In this document: piece after piece, positions 13,965 to 23,301 of the stretch | Position numbering within the stretch: position 1 is the first letter of the stretch | Layout: each line of letters opens with the position of its first letter | Program-made: the position numbers and the translations under genes | Notes under the pieces: generated by a model | The model's input: the letters and a program-made list of their open reading frames with translations, nothing else | What the model was told of the DNA's origin: nothing | The model's database searches: none | Virus record (IMG/VR): IMGVR_UViG_3300014024_000065 | Source of the DNA: a virus | Strand: one strand, 5' to 3' | DNA length: 54,562 nucleotides

Positions 13965-13994
13965 GGTCACTCAACGAGTGGCTTTTTATTTTGT
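13965..13994 (+). terminator. Intrinsic terminator immediately upstream of the terS RBS
   Basis: Stem GGTCACTC-AAC-GAGTGGCT (8 bp including 2 G-U pairs) followed by TTTTTATTTT. The terS RBS AAAGGAGG starts at 13997. Confidence 0.6.
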
Positions 13995-14015
13995 CAAAAG
14001 GAGGTAGCCCAGTGA

Positions 14016-14510
14016 GTGGATAAATTAACCCCAAAACAAGAATTGTTTGTCCAAGGGATAATCTCCGGACTATCTCAAAGACAAGCCTATAGGCAGGCTT
14101 ATCCGTCATCTAAAAAATGGCTAGATAGTAGCGTTGACAGCAAAGCAGCCGTCTTACTTCAAAATGTAAAGGTTTTGTCAAGGTATAGAGAACTTCTTAA
14201 ACAGTTCTCTAATATGTCCTTATGGTCCAGAGAACAGGCTTTCAATGAGTATGAATGGCTGAAGAATAAGGCCAGAGCCAGCATTGAGCGAGACGGCATC
14301 AGACAAGCAAATTCTAACGCTTTTCTTTCGGCGTTGGATGGGATGAATAACATGACTTGGAAGGACTTGAAATTGACTGACGATAAAATCAGACAAGAGA
14401 TTGAATTGCTCAAAATCAAAATTGAAAGCAATCAAGGTTCTAAGTCTGACACCAGTCTCATGACTGCCCTTTTGGATGCGGTAAAAGGCGGTGACGAAGT
14501 TGAAGATTGA
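14016..14510 (+). CDS. terS: Terminase small subunit
   Basis: 164 aa. N-terminal MDKLTPKQELFVQGIISGLSQRQAYRQAY is typical of phage small terminases. GTG start 11 nt after AAAGGAGG. Overlaps terL. Confidence 0.8.
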   Translation: MDKLTPKQELFVQGIISGLSQRQAYRQAYPSSKKWLDSSVDSKAAVLLQNVKVLSRYRELLKQFSNMSLWSREQAFNEYEWLKNKARASIERDGIRQANSNAFLSALDGMNNMTWKDLKLTDDKIRQEIELLKIKIESNQGSKSDTSLMTALLDAVKGGDEVED

Positions 14511-15789
14511 GTTCTCGAGAAAACAAGCTGACATCATTCGCAGGCCTTTTAATTACGAGCTGGAAGTCAATGAAGGCACCCCTCGAAGCGGCAAGACAAC
14601 CGCTGGTCATTTTCGCTATGCCAGGTATTTGATTGAGTCGCCCGACGAGAATCATCTCATTGCTGCATACAATCAAGAGCAAGCTTACCGCCTTTTTATC
14701 GACGGCGACGGCACAGGTTTGATGCACATCTTTGATGGTAATTGCAAAATCAAGCACGACGAGCACGGAGACCACCTCTTAATTGATACACCGAACGGCA
14801 CCAAGCGCGTCTACTACAAAGGGGGCGGTAAAGCCAATAGTGTAGGTGCTATCACTGGTATGTCTTTAGGCTCGGTGGTTTTTTGTGAAATCAACCTGCT
14901 GAACATGGACTTCATCCAGGAAGCGTTCAGACGGACGTGGGCCGCTAAACTTAGATATCACTTAGCTGACCTAAACCCTCCAGCTCCACAGCATCCAGTT
15001 ATTAAGGATGTCTTTGATGTCCAAAATACACGGTGGACCCATTGGACCATGGATGACAATCCGATTTTGTCCGAAGAGCGGAAACAATCCATTATCCAAT
15101 CGACGAAGAAAAATCCTTATCTATATAAGAGAGACATTCTCGGTCAGAGAGTCATGCCTCAAGGCGTCATATACGGCCTATTTGACCTAGAGAGGAACAT
15201 CAAGGATAGTTTGTTAGGCGAACCCGTTGAAATGTATTTCACGGGCGATGGTGGACAATCTGACGCGACCTCAATGTCTTGCAACATCGTTACTAAGCAT
15301 AGAGAGAACAACAAGACTTTTTTTAGACTCAATCGTGTAGCCCACTACTACCACAGTGGAGCAGAGACAGGCCAAGTCAAAGCTATGTCTACCTACGCTG
15401 TTGAGCTTCGAGCGTTCATCCAGTGGTGTGTAAGCAAGTATCAAATGCGCTATACCGATGTGTGGATTGACCCAGCGTGTAGATCCTTACGAGAGGAATT
15501 GCATAAGCTAGGTATCCGAACAAGAGGAGCCTTGAACAATGCCCATGATGTTAGCAGCAAGGCGAAAGGCATTGAGGTAGGGATTGAGCGTGGTCAGAAT
15601 ATCATTTCGTCAGGCCAGTTCCTGCTTATCAATCATCAGGAAGAGGAATATGATCATTATCACTTTTTGAAAGAGATCGGCCTTTATAGTCGTGACGATA
15701 ATGGGAAACCGATTGACAAAAACAACCACGCTATGGACGAATTTAGATATAGTGTGAACGTATTTTATAAGCGTTACGCTAATTTTTAG
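14491..15789 (+). CDS. terL: Terminase large subunit
   Basis: 432 aa. Walker A GTPRSGKT near the N-terminus, with a C-terminal nuclease-type region. Confidence 0.9.
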   Translation: MTKLKIEFSRKQADIIRRPFNYELEVNEGTPRSGKTTAGHFRYARYLIESPDENHLIAAYNQEQAYRLFIDGDGTGLMHIFDGNCKIKHDEHGDHLLIDTPNGTKRVYYKGGGKANSVGAITGMSLGSVVFCEINLLNMDFIQEAFRRTWAAKLRYHLADLNPPAPQHPVIKDVFDVQNTRWTHWTMDDNPILSEERKQSIIQSTKKNPYLYKRDILGQRVMPQGVIYGLFDLERNIKDSLLGEPVEMYFTGDGGQSDATSMSCNIVTKHRENNKTFFRLNRVAHYYHSGAETGQVKAMSTYAVELRAFIQWCVSKYQMRYTDVWIDPACRSLREELHKLGIRTRGALNNAHDVSSKAKGIEVGIERGQNIISSGQFLLINHQEEEYDHYHFLKEIGLYSRDDNGKPIDKNNHAMDEFRYSVNVFYKRYANF

Positions 15790-15806
15790 CAATAAGGAGC
15801 CGATAA

Positions 15807-17315
15807 ATGGGCATTATTCAATTTGTCAAAAATCTATTTAAGAGAGGACAGTATGCAATGACTACAGAAAGTCTCGCAAGTATCACAGACCATCCTAAAA
15901 TCGCAGTAACAAGCGCAGAGTATCGTCGAATCAATGAGAACCTAAGATACTACCAGAGCAACATTGCAAAGATAACATACACGAATACGGACGGTATCAA
16001 GAAGCAAAGAGAAGCGACGCATTTGCCGATTGCTCGGACCGCTGCCAAGAAGATTGCTAGTCTGGTCTTTAACGAGCAGGCAACAATCAAATTGGATGAC
16101 GAACAAGCGGACGCATTCATTCAAGAAACATTGAAGAATGACCGCTTTAACAAGAATTTTGAGCGCTATCTTGAGAGCTGTTTAGCCCTGGGCGGTCTGG
16201 CCATGAGGCCTTATGTAGACAACGGACGAGTGCGGGTGTCATTCATCCAAGCGCCTGTCTTTCTGCCATTGCAGTCGAATACACAGGATGTCTCAAGCGC
16301 TGCTATCGTGACTAAAACGATTAAGGCTGCAGGTCAGAAGAACATCTACTACACATTGATTGAGTTCCATGAGTGGTCGAAAGATGGTAAGTACATCATT
16401 TCAAACGAGCTATACAGGTCGGAAAATTCTGAGCAAGTAGGCGGGCGTGTGCCGTTGGCAGAAGTCTATGAGGATCTAGAAGAACAAGTTGAACTTGACG
16501 GTCTAACAAGACCGCTTTTTTCTTACCTAAAACCTCCTGGGATGAATAACAAGGACATCAATTCACCCCTTGGTCTATCTATCTTCGACAATGCCAAGAG
16601 TACGATTGATTTCATCAATACCACTTATGATGAGTTCAAGTGGGAAGTCAAGATGGGCCAGCGGCGAGTGGCTGTTCCTGAAAATCTGACAGAAACTAGA
16701 ATGGTCTCTGACAACGGTGATATTAACATTGTCAAGCGTTTTGATGCTGAGCAGAATGTTTACTTGCGCTTATCAAATAGCGACATGGACGGCGGGAATA
16801 TCACAGACCTTACGACAGCGATCAGGGCAGATGACTACATCAAGACTATTAACGAAGGACTAGCGCTCTTTGAAATGCTTCTGGGCGTGTCTGCTGGAAT
16901 GTTTACGTTCGACGGTCAGAGCTTGAAGACTGCGACAGAGGTGGTCTCTGAAAACTCTGATACTTACCAAATGAGAAACAGTATTGTCAGTCTGGTCGAG
17001 CAATCGCTGAAAGAGTTGATTATCTCAATCTGCGAGCTTGGGAGCCTTTACGAGCTATACGATGGCCCGATTCCTCAAATGGAGAAGATTTCAATCAATC
17101 TTGACGACGGAGTCTTCACTGACAAGAACAACGAGCTCGATTATTGGACCAAGGCGCTTGCTAGTGGCATTGTCAGCAAGGCTCACGCTATCCAGAAAGC
17201 TTTCAACATGTCAGAGGCTGACGCTAAGAAGATGATTCAGGCAATCAATCAGGAAACGATGGACACGGCCAACAGTCAGCGAACGCAAGAGGATATTGAC
17301 TTGTACGGGGAGTAA
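15807..17315 (+). CDS. Portal protein (SPP1 gp6-like)
   Basis: 502 aa, directly downstream of terL. RBS AAGGAG. Confidence 0.85.
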   Translation: MGIIQFVKNLFKRGQYAMTTESLASITDHPKIAVTSAEYRRINENLRYYQSNIAKITYTNTDGIKKQREATHLPIARTAAKKIASLVFNEQATIKLDDEQADAFIQETLKNDRFNKNFERYLESCLALGGLAMRPYVDNGRVRVSFIQAPVFLPLQSNTQDVSSAAIVTKTIKAAGQKNIYYTLIEFHEWSKDGKYIISNELYRSENSEQVGGRVPLAEVYEDLEEQVELDGLTRPLFSYLKPPGMNNKDINSPLGLSIFDNAKSTIDFINTTYDEFKWEVKMGQRRVAVPENLTETRMVSDNGDINIVKRFDAEQNVYLRLSNSDMDGGNITDLTTAIRADDYIKTINEGLALFEMLLGVSAGMFTFDGQSLKTATEVVSENSDTYQMRNSIVSLVEQSLKELIISICELGSLYELYDGPIPQMEKISINLDDGVFTDKNNELDYWTKALASGIVSKAHAIQKAFNMSEADAKKMIQAINQETMDTANSQRTQEDIDLYGE

Positions 17316-17410
17316 TTAGATGAACCGAATTTTAAGGATTTTCTCGTTAGCTCCAAACCCTGCTAAGCTCTTCATGAAAATACCAGGAACATTGCTAGAG
17401 AGGATGCTAA

Positions 17411-19090
17411 ATGAAAGGAAAGAAGAGACCACCAATTCAGTTCAATGACGAGCAACTGCTGCTTCAAGCGAGCAACGTGGCAGACATCTATCATCAGTTG
17501 GCCTTGGACTTGTTTGATAACGTGGTCGAACGTGTGACTGAACGAGGCACGGTCTATCTTGATAAACAACCCTACATCTGGCAGCTCGAGAAGATGCAAC
17601 AGATGCACATGCTCAACGAGAAAAACCTGAAGCTAATCACTGAATACTCTGGAGTTGCTGAAGAGCAACTGCGCTATATCGTCGAAAACGAAGGCTTGAA
17701 GCTCTACACAGACACGAAGCAACAGCTTTTAGAAGATTTAGGTCGTGGATCCGCAGGAGATAGTAACCACATTCAAGAAATACTTGCCGATTATGCTAGT
17801 CAAGCTGTCGGAGATATCCATAATCTAATCAACACAACCTTACCTAAAGCCGTCATTGGTGCTTATCAAGGCATTGTGGAGCAATCTGTCGCCAGAGTTG
17901 TGACTGGCCTCTCTACGGCCGATAAGGCTATCTCTGATACGGTCATGAAGTGGCAAGAGAAAGGGTTTCAAGGCTTCAAGGACAGCGCTGGGCGTAACTG
18001 GAAGATAGACAATTACGCACGGATGGTTATCAAGACGACCACCTATCGAACTTTTCGGGAAATGCGAACCAGGCCGGCTGAAGAGTTAGGTATTGATACT
18101 TTTTACTACTCTAAGAAAAGCTCTGCTCGTGAGATGTGCGCTCCTTTGCAACATCAGATAGTAACCTACGGACCAGCTCGGACTGAAAATGGCGAGCGTA
18201 TTCTATCTTTGGAAGACTACGGATATGGTAAGCCCGGCGGCTGCCTCGGTATTCACTGCGGCCACATGCTGACGCCTTTTATCCCAGGAGCAAACTACAA
18301 GCCTGATTTAGGCGAGGATGTAGAATCCATTACTCCTGAGCAAGCAATCGAAAACGCCAACGCAGAGGCTAAGCAGAGAGCACTAGAGCGGTCCATCAGA
18401 GCGAACAAGGAAAAGCTCCACGTCGCTGAAAAATTGGGTGATAAAGAGCTGATGGATAAGTATAAGAGTAAGATACGCACCCAAAACGCTGCCTTGAAAG
18501 ACTACATCGATAAGCACCCATTACTGAAACGGGATGAGGCAAGAGAAAAACTCTTCAAGAAAAACGAAAAACCAGCAAGCGTCAAGCCTGCTGGTAATAA
18601 GTCTTATGTTTCTTTAAAGGATAAATGGTTGTCAAATGCAGACCCTGACAAAGCCAGGGTTTCGGAAATGAATTTCTGGGAGCATAACGGCCAGAAGTAT
18701 CAAGTCGATGGAAAGCATGTAGTGCTGGATTATTCCCAAAAAGAGAAAGAGGTAGGAGAATGGCTGTCTAAAACGTTTGGAAAACACGTCCAAATGGCGC
18801 CACGAGTGAACTTCCCAGAAAAAATCCCGAGCCCAGATTATTTAGTTGATGGTTTGAAATTTGACCTGAAAGAGATAACTGGTTCAGGAAAAGGGACGTT
18901 TGATCAAAATACTAGAAAAGCTAAAACTCAAGCTGAAAATATAGTTTACGATGTTACTGAGTCTGCTCTTACCGATAAAGAAATAGAGCGGCAACTTGAA
19001 GAAATATACAAATTCGGTCGTCGAGGACTTAATATTGCGATCGTCAAAAGAGGACATCGTTTGATTTATGCCACGAAAAAAAGGAACTGA
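17411..19090 (+). CDS. MuF/SPP1 gp7-like minor head protein with ~160-aa C-terminal extension
   Basis: 559 aa, located after the portal gene. The C-terminal part carries a PD-x(n)-D-x-K-like motif (PDYLVDGLKFDLKE). Confidence 0.75.
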   Translation: MKGKKRPPIQFNDEQLLLQASNVADIYHQLALDLFDNVVERVTERGTVYLDKQPYIWQLEKMQQMHMLNEKNLKLITEYSGVAEEQLRYIVENEGLKLYTDTKQQLLEDLGRGSAGDSNHIQEILADYASQAVGDIHNLINTTLPKAVIGAYQGIVEQSVARVVTGLSTADKAISDTVMKWQEKGFQGFKDSAGRNWKIDNYARMVIKTTTYRTFREMRTRPAEELGIDTFYYSKKSSAREMCAPLQHQIVTYGPARTENGERILSLEDYGYGKPGGCLGIHCGHMLTPFIPGANYKPDLGEDVESITPEQAIENANAEAKQRALERSIRANKEKLHVAEKLGDKELMDKYKSKIRTQNAALKDYIDKHPLLKRDEAREKLFKKNEKPASVKPAGNKSYVSLKDKWLSNADPDKARVSEMNFWEHNGQKYQVDGKHVVLDYSQKEKEVGEWLSKTFGKHVQMAPRVNFPEKIPSPDYLVDGLKFDLKEITGSGKGTFDQNTRKAKTQAENIVYDVTESALTDKEIERQLEEIYKFGRRGLNIAIVKRGHRLIYATKKRN

Positions 19091-19244
19091 CTTAGGCGCC
19101 GACCTAAAATAGGCCATTGGGTGCCAAACCAGTTCCTTTATTTATTTAATTATACAACATTTTTACAAGGAACGCAAAAGAAGTGAGGCGATAACCGCTT
19201 GACCAGCAGAAAAGACTGCTATAAATTACTGTAAACCACTATAA

Positions 19245-19271
19245 ACCGTATCGGATTCGATGCGGTTTTTT
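19245..19271 (+). terminator. Intrinsic terminator in the MuF-scaffold intergenic region
   Basis: ACCGTATCG-GATT-CGATGCGGT followed by TTTTTT. Confidence 0.7.
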
Positions 19272-19335
19272 GCTTGACTTTATCCGCAGTCGGTAAAGAA
19301 CGGAAGATAACACCTAATTCTAGGAGGACGGAAGA

Positions 19336-19905
19336 ATGCCAGAAGACATTCAAACACAAACTGACCAGTCAGCTAATACTGGAGAAAACACTGAGTCGCA
19401 AACTCAAGAGCAACCTATCAAGACATTCACTCAGGAAGAAGTGACTGGCCTTGTAGCTAAAGAGTCCAAGAAAGCACAAGAGAAAATCTTCAAAAGCCTA
19501 GGATTCGAAGATGTCAAAAGTGCTAAAGAAGGACTGCAGCAGCTCAAGGAGTGGAAGGACTCACAAAAGAGTGAGGCTGAGAAACAGTCAGAAGCACTTG
19601 CTACTAAAGAAAAAGAACTGGAGCAGGTTTTGTCAGATAAGAAAAATCTGGAAGCGAAGCTGTCAGCTCTGACTCTGGGGGTAAATGCTGAGTCTGTTGA
19701 CGATGTCATCACTCTATCTGCTCGCTTGGTATCCGACGAGGTATCTATCGAGGATGCTATTGGCCAAGTGTTGCAGAAATATCCTCAGTTTGGTCGCACA
19801 GAGCAACCTGAAGAGAAGAAGCCGACATTTTCAGCTGGAGGAAATCCAACGGCTGGAACGAACTCAGAAGATGCCTTTTTGAAGGCTCTAGGACTAACAA
19901 ATTGA
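19336..19905 (+). CDS. Capsid scaffolding protein
   Basis: 189 aa, acidic coiled-coil, immediately upstream of the major capsid gene. RBS AGGAGGA. Confidence 0.75.
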   Translation: MPEDIQTQTDQSANTGENTESQTQEQPIKTFTQEEVTGLVAKESKKAQEKIFKSLGFEDVKSAKEGLQQLKEWKDSQKSEAEKQSEALATKEKELEQVLSDKKNLEAKLSALTLGVNAESVDDVITLSARLVSDEVSIEDAIGQVLQKYPQFGRTEQPEEKKPTFSAGGNPTAGTNSEDAFLKALGLTN

Positions 19906-19919
19906 TAGGAGAATAATCA

Positions 19920-20792
19920 ATGACACTTAACTACATCACTAAACACGAGGGCACGTTTGAAAAGAAATTGATGCAAGGTGCCCTCACAAGCATTTTGGAA
20001 ACACCACAGGTAAACTGGTTGGGTGCTAAGTCGTTCGAATTGCCGACAATCTCTGTAACAGGCTACAAAGCGCACACTCGATCTAAAGGTTACAACGCTG
20101 GTACAGCTTCAAACGACAAAAAAGTCTACACTCTCGGTTTCGACCGTGATGTCGAGTTTTTCGTGGACAAAGCAGACGTAGATGAAACAAACCAGGAGCT
20201 TTCAGCTGCTAACGTATCTAACACATTCATTACAGAGCACGCAACTCCTGAAGTTGACGCTTACCGCTTCTCTAAGCTGGCTACGACAGCAATCACAGCA
20301 ACAAAATTTAAGTCTGAAGATGACTTGTCAGAAGTGAACATCTACACCAAATTGAAAGCTGCCCTCTTGCCAGTTCGTAAATACGGCGCCCAAAATATCG
20401 TTATGTACGTTTCTAGCGAAGTGATGGACTTCTTAGAGCGCTCTAAAGAGTTCACACGTTCAATCGCCACTACATCACCTCAAGGCATTGACACCCGTGT
20501 CACTTCGCTTGATGGAGTTCAACTCATCGAAGTTTGGGACGATGCGCGCTTCAAAACTAAGTTTGACTTTACGACAGGCTTTGTCAAAGCTTCAGATGGT
20601 AAAGATATCAACTTCCTGATCGTTGCTAAGCCAGCAGTTATCGCGAAGGCTAAATTCAACTCAATCTATCTTTTCGCTCCTGGCCAACATACTGAAGGCG
20701 ATGGCTATCTGTACCAAAACCGTCTTTACCACGACCTTTTTGTCCTGGAAACTAAAAAAGATGGTGTCTATGTATCTCACAAATCAGCTTAA
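19920..20792 (+). CDS. Major capsid protein
   Basis: 290 aa, positioned after the scaffold gene. Sequence is typical of the siphoviral major head proteins of low-GC Gram-positive phages. Confidence 0.8.
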   Translation: MTLNYITKHEGTFEKKLMQGALTSILETPQVNWLGAKSFELPTISVTGYKAHTRSKGYNAGTASNDKKVYTLGFDRDVEFFVDKADVDETNQELSAANVSNTFITEHATPEVDAYRFSKLATTAITATKFKSEDDLSEVNIYTKLKAALLPVRKYGAQNIVMYVSSEVMDFLERSKEFTRSIATTSPQGIDTRVTSLDGVQLIEVWDDARFKTKFDFTTGFVKASDGKDINFLIVAKPAVIAKAKFNSIYLFAPGQHTEGDGYLYQNRLYHDLFVLETKKDGVYVSHKSA

Positions 20793-20805
20793 CAGGGGGT
20801 AAAAC

Positions 20806-21054
20806 ATGAAGAAGTACGAGAAAGACAATCAGGTCTACACCGTCCAAGAAGGTAGTGAACTTGAAATTCAATTGATTGCTGATGGGTTTAAAGAGAAGAA
20901 AGAAGAAAAAGATTCTGTCTCTGACCCTTACAGTAAAATGACTGTGGATGAATTAAAAGCTCTTCTTGAAGAGCGCTCTATTCCACTTCCAGAAGGAAAA
21001 GCTACTAAAAAGGATCTTGCGGCCCTTTTAGAAAAAGGTAATGAGGAGGAATAA
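20806..21054 (+). CDS. Hypothetical head-module protein with HeH/Rho-N (SAP-like) motif
   Basis: 82 aa. The segment TVDELKALLEERSIPLPEGKATKKDLAALL resembles the helix-extension-helix fold. Confidence 0.6.
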   Translation: MKKYEKDNQVYTVQEGSELEIQLIADGFKEKKEEKDSVSDPYSKMTVDELKALLEERSIPLPEGKATKKDLAALLEKGNEEE

Positions 21055-21059
21055 ACTAA

Positions 21060-21257
21060 ATGGCACAATTTAAAGCTAAGGCAAATTTCTACCTGGTCCA
21101 ATCTGATCGTCATTTTGACGAAGGAAAAGTCTATGACTTGCAAGTAAGCGAAGCGGACAAAATCAATAAAATGTATAAGGCTGCGTTCGACGAAGATGGC
21201 TTAGAGCGCATCGAAGAAGAAGCTAAGAATGCGAAGGCGGCCGATACCGCCTCATGA
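21060..21257 (+). CDS. Hypothetical head-module protein (65 aa)
   Basis: ORF within a tightly packed operon. Confidence 0.55.
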   Translation: MAQFKAKANFYLVQSDRHFDEGKVYDLQVSEADKINKMYKAAFDEDGLERIEEEAKNAKAADTAS

Positions 21258-21269
21258 GGAGGTGAGTAG

Positions 21270-21671
21270 ATGACCTACTTAACAAAAGATGAGTTTGAAG
21301 AGTTGGGTTTTGATGTGGATGGCGATTTTGACAAATTGCTGAAGCGCGCAGAACTCGCTATCAATGCGTATATTCGGGATTTTTACTCTCGCAATAGCTT
21401 TGAAAGCGATCATGATGCTAGGAAAAAGGCTGTCAAACTCGCTACCGCTTTCCAGATTGCTTATTTGGATAGCTCAGGAATCATGACCGCTGAGGACAAG
21501 CAAGCAATGGCCAGCATGACCGTTGGGCGGACCTCTGTCAGCTATCGCGGTGGCAATCAAAACAGCGCCCAGATGCTTTCGTTGGCCGAAAGATACAATC
21601 TGTCTAGAGATGCTGAAAACTGGCTAAGATTGGCTGGATTTGGCTTTGCGAGGGTTGATTATGATAGATAA
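21270..21671 (+). CDS. Head-tail connector (gp6-like) protein
   Basis: 133 aa. Assigned from position and size within the head-completion module. Confidence 0.6.
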   Translation: MTYLTKDEFEELGFDVDGDFDKLLKRAELAINAYIRDFYSRNSFESDHDARKKAVKLATAFQIAYLDSSGIMTAEDKQAMASMTVGRTSVSYRGGNQNSAQMLSLAERYNLSRDAENWLRLAGFGFARVDYDR

Positions 21672-21993
21672 ACGAATGCTACCGGATTCCGTAACGATCC
21701 AAAAAAAATTGAGCAAGGACGACTGGGGAAAAGAGACTTATTCAGAGCCTCTTTTGCTCTCTCCGTGCAAATTCGATAGGACATTTTCTCAGACCGGATC
21801 AGGCAATCATCAGAGTGAAAATAAGCCATCGACGGTGATTGTATATCATAAATACTGTCCTGTAGAGCTCGACAAGAGCTTTATAGGCGGTGTTGTCGAC
21901 GATAAAGGCACACTCTACATTGTCCGCAGTATCATCCCTCAATATCATCCGTTTACTAAGAAGCTTATGGCTTACGAAATCGAGGTGATTTGA
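21661..21993 (+). CDS. Head closure / head-tail adaptor protein
   Basis: Start taken at ATG 21661, which overlaps the upstream gene. About 110 aa, in a syntenic position. Confidence 0.55.
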   Translation: MIDKRMLPDSVTIQKKLSKDDWGKETYSEPLLLSPCKFDRTFSQTGSGNHQSENKPSTVIVYHKYCPVELDKSFIGGVVDDKGTLYIVRSIIPQYHPFTKKLMAYEIEVI

Positions 21994-22385
21994 TGGGTGG
22001 TGTTTCGATTAAGATTGACTTAAAAGGCATCGAGAAGAAAGTTTCTCCGGAGAATTTCGCAAAAGGGAAGCTGGCCATAGCTAATCAGGCGATGTTGGAC
22101 ATGGATCCGTTCGTTCCGAAAAGAAAAGGGATACTGAGAGCTAGCGGCCATGTCAGAAAGGATTCTATCGTGTATGCACAGCCTTACGCTAGAATTGTTT
22201 ACTACGGCCGAAAACGGAAAGGCTTCTTTTCGGATAAGCAGAGAAGGTTCTTCTTTGCGAATAAAGAAAGATTGCTGAGCCAAAAGCCGACGCCTGGAAC
22301 GGGTCCTAGATGGGATAAGAAAGCCGTGCCACTCTATGCCCAAAGATGGGCAGAAGTTGGTCTGCGAGCTATGGGAGTGAAATAA
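21990..22385 (+). CDS. Head-tail joining (HK97 gp10-like) protein
   Basis: 131 aa. ATGA overlap with the upstream gene, in a syntenic position. Confidence 0.55.
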   Translation: MMGGVSIKIDLKGIEKKVSPENFAKGKLAIANQAMLDMDPFVPKRKGILRASGHVRKDSIVYAQPYARIVYYGRKRKGFFSDKQRRFFFANKERLLSQKPTPGTGPRWDKKAVPLYAQRWAEVGLRAMGVK

Positions 22386-22786
22386 TGCAGAATAATGACT
22401 TTTCAGAGGTCTTGCTTGAGCATATCAAAAGTGTTCAAACCAAAATCCCTTCAAAGCATGGCTATTTAGACGAGAAAGAGGGATTGGTTGTCTATCCTCT
22501 CCCTGGCGGAGATGTGGTGGACGAGGACATGGCAGGGACGCAGATTGTGGATCTACCATTTGAAATTGCTATCAAGTCAAAAGACCAGAAACTGATTGAT
22601 ACTACACTATGGCAGATTAACACTGCCTTATCAAAAATTGGCTTGGAATTGCCAAGTAAAAATAATTCATATAACTTTTTAGACCTTAAAGTCAAGAAAC
22701 CGTACTTAAACGAGTTGGACGAACAAGGCTTTTACATTTACTTGCTGGATGTTACTGCCAGCCTTGAAATAGAAAGGGAAGAATAA
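22385..22786 (+). CDS. Tail completion/terminator-type protein
   Basis: Start at the internal ATG 22385 (MQNNDFSEV), which overlaps the upstream stop. 133 aa. Confidence 0.5.
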   Translation: MQNNDFSEVLLEHIKSVQTKIPSKHGYLDEKEGLVVYPLPGGDVVDEDMAGTQIVDLPFEIAIKSKDQKLIDTTLWQINTALSKIGLELPSKNNSYNFLDLKVKKPYLNELDEQGFYIYLLDVTASLEIEREE

Positions 22787-22789
22787 TAG

Positions 22790-23251
22790 ATGGTAAAGAA
22801 CAAAAACGTAAAACGTAAACATTACATCGGACCATATAAGGAAGCGACTCCTGATACTCCACCAACTGCTCAAGAGTATCTCTGGATTGCAAAAGGAATT
22901 AAAGAGTCGTCTCCTGACAACGACGAAAAAACAGACGACTTTTCAGATTTTGCAGGAGACGGGACTGTTGAAGAACTAGTGGTGTCAAAAAAACGCGGAC
23001 GCTCTTTTGAAGGTCTGCGTGATACAGATGATAAAGCCCAGAATTTTATCGCGGATAAACAGGACGCGGTGGGCGATGATCTGCTGGTTTGGTACAAGGA
23101 AGTTGATTCTACAGGGAAGACCCAATACGAAGGCCCAGCTCGTCTTTCTGAAATCGAAATCGGAGACGGTGAAGCTTCAGAAAATGAAAGCATCAAGTTT
23201 AAGATCGTATGGCGCCGCACTCCTAAGAAGTCGGCTGTCGTACCAGGATAA
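22790..23251 (+). CDS. Major tail protein
   Basis: 153 aa, positioned before the tail chaperone genes and followed by a strong terminator/attenuator. Confidence 0.65.
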   Translation: MVKNKNVKRKHYIGPYKEATPDTPPTAQEYLWIAKGIKESSPDNDEKTDDFSDFAGDGTVEELVVSKKRGRSFEGLRDTDDKAQNFIADKQDAVGDDLLVWYKEVDSTGKTQYEGPARLSEIEIGDGEASENESIKFKIVWRRTPKKSAVVPG

Positions 23252-23257
23252 GGCTAG

Positions 23258-23284
23258 GGCGTGAAATATCACGCCTTTTTCTTT
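23258..23284 (+). terminator. Intrinsic terminator/attenuator after the major tail gene
   Basis: GGCGTGA-AATA-TCACGCC followed by TTTTTCTTTTT. Confidence 0.75.
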
Positions 23285-23301
23285 TTGAAAGGAGAATTTT
23301 T

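Noticed and set aside
19091-19240. Immunity gene or small RNA downstream of the MuF C-terminal domain
   Set aside because: No ORF with a start codon and RBS exists on either strand, since GTG 19183 stops after 3 codons. No promoter-plus-terminator unit is clear, so the region is only noted within the MuF finding.
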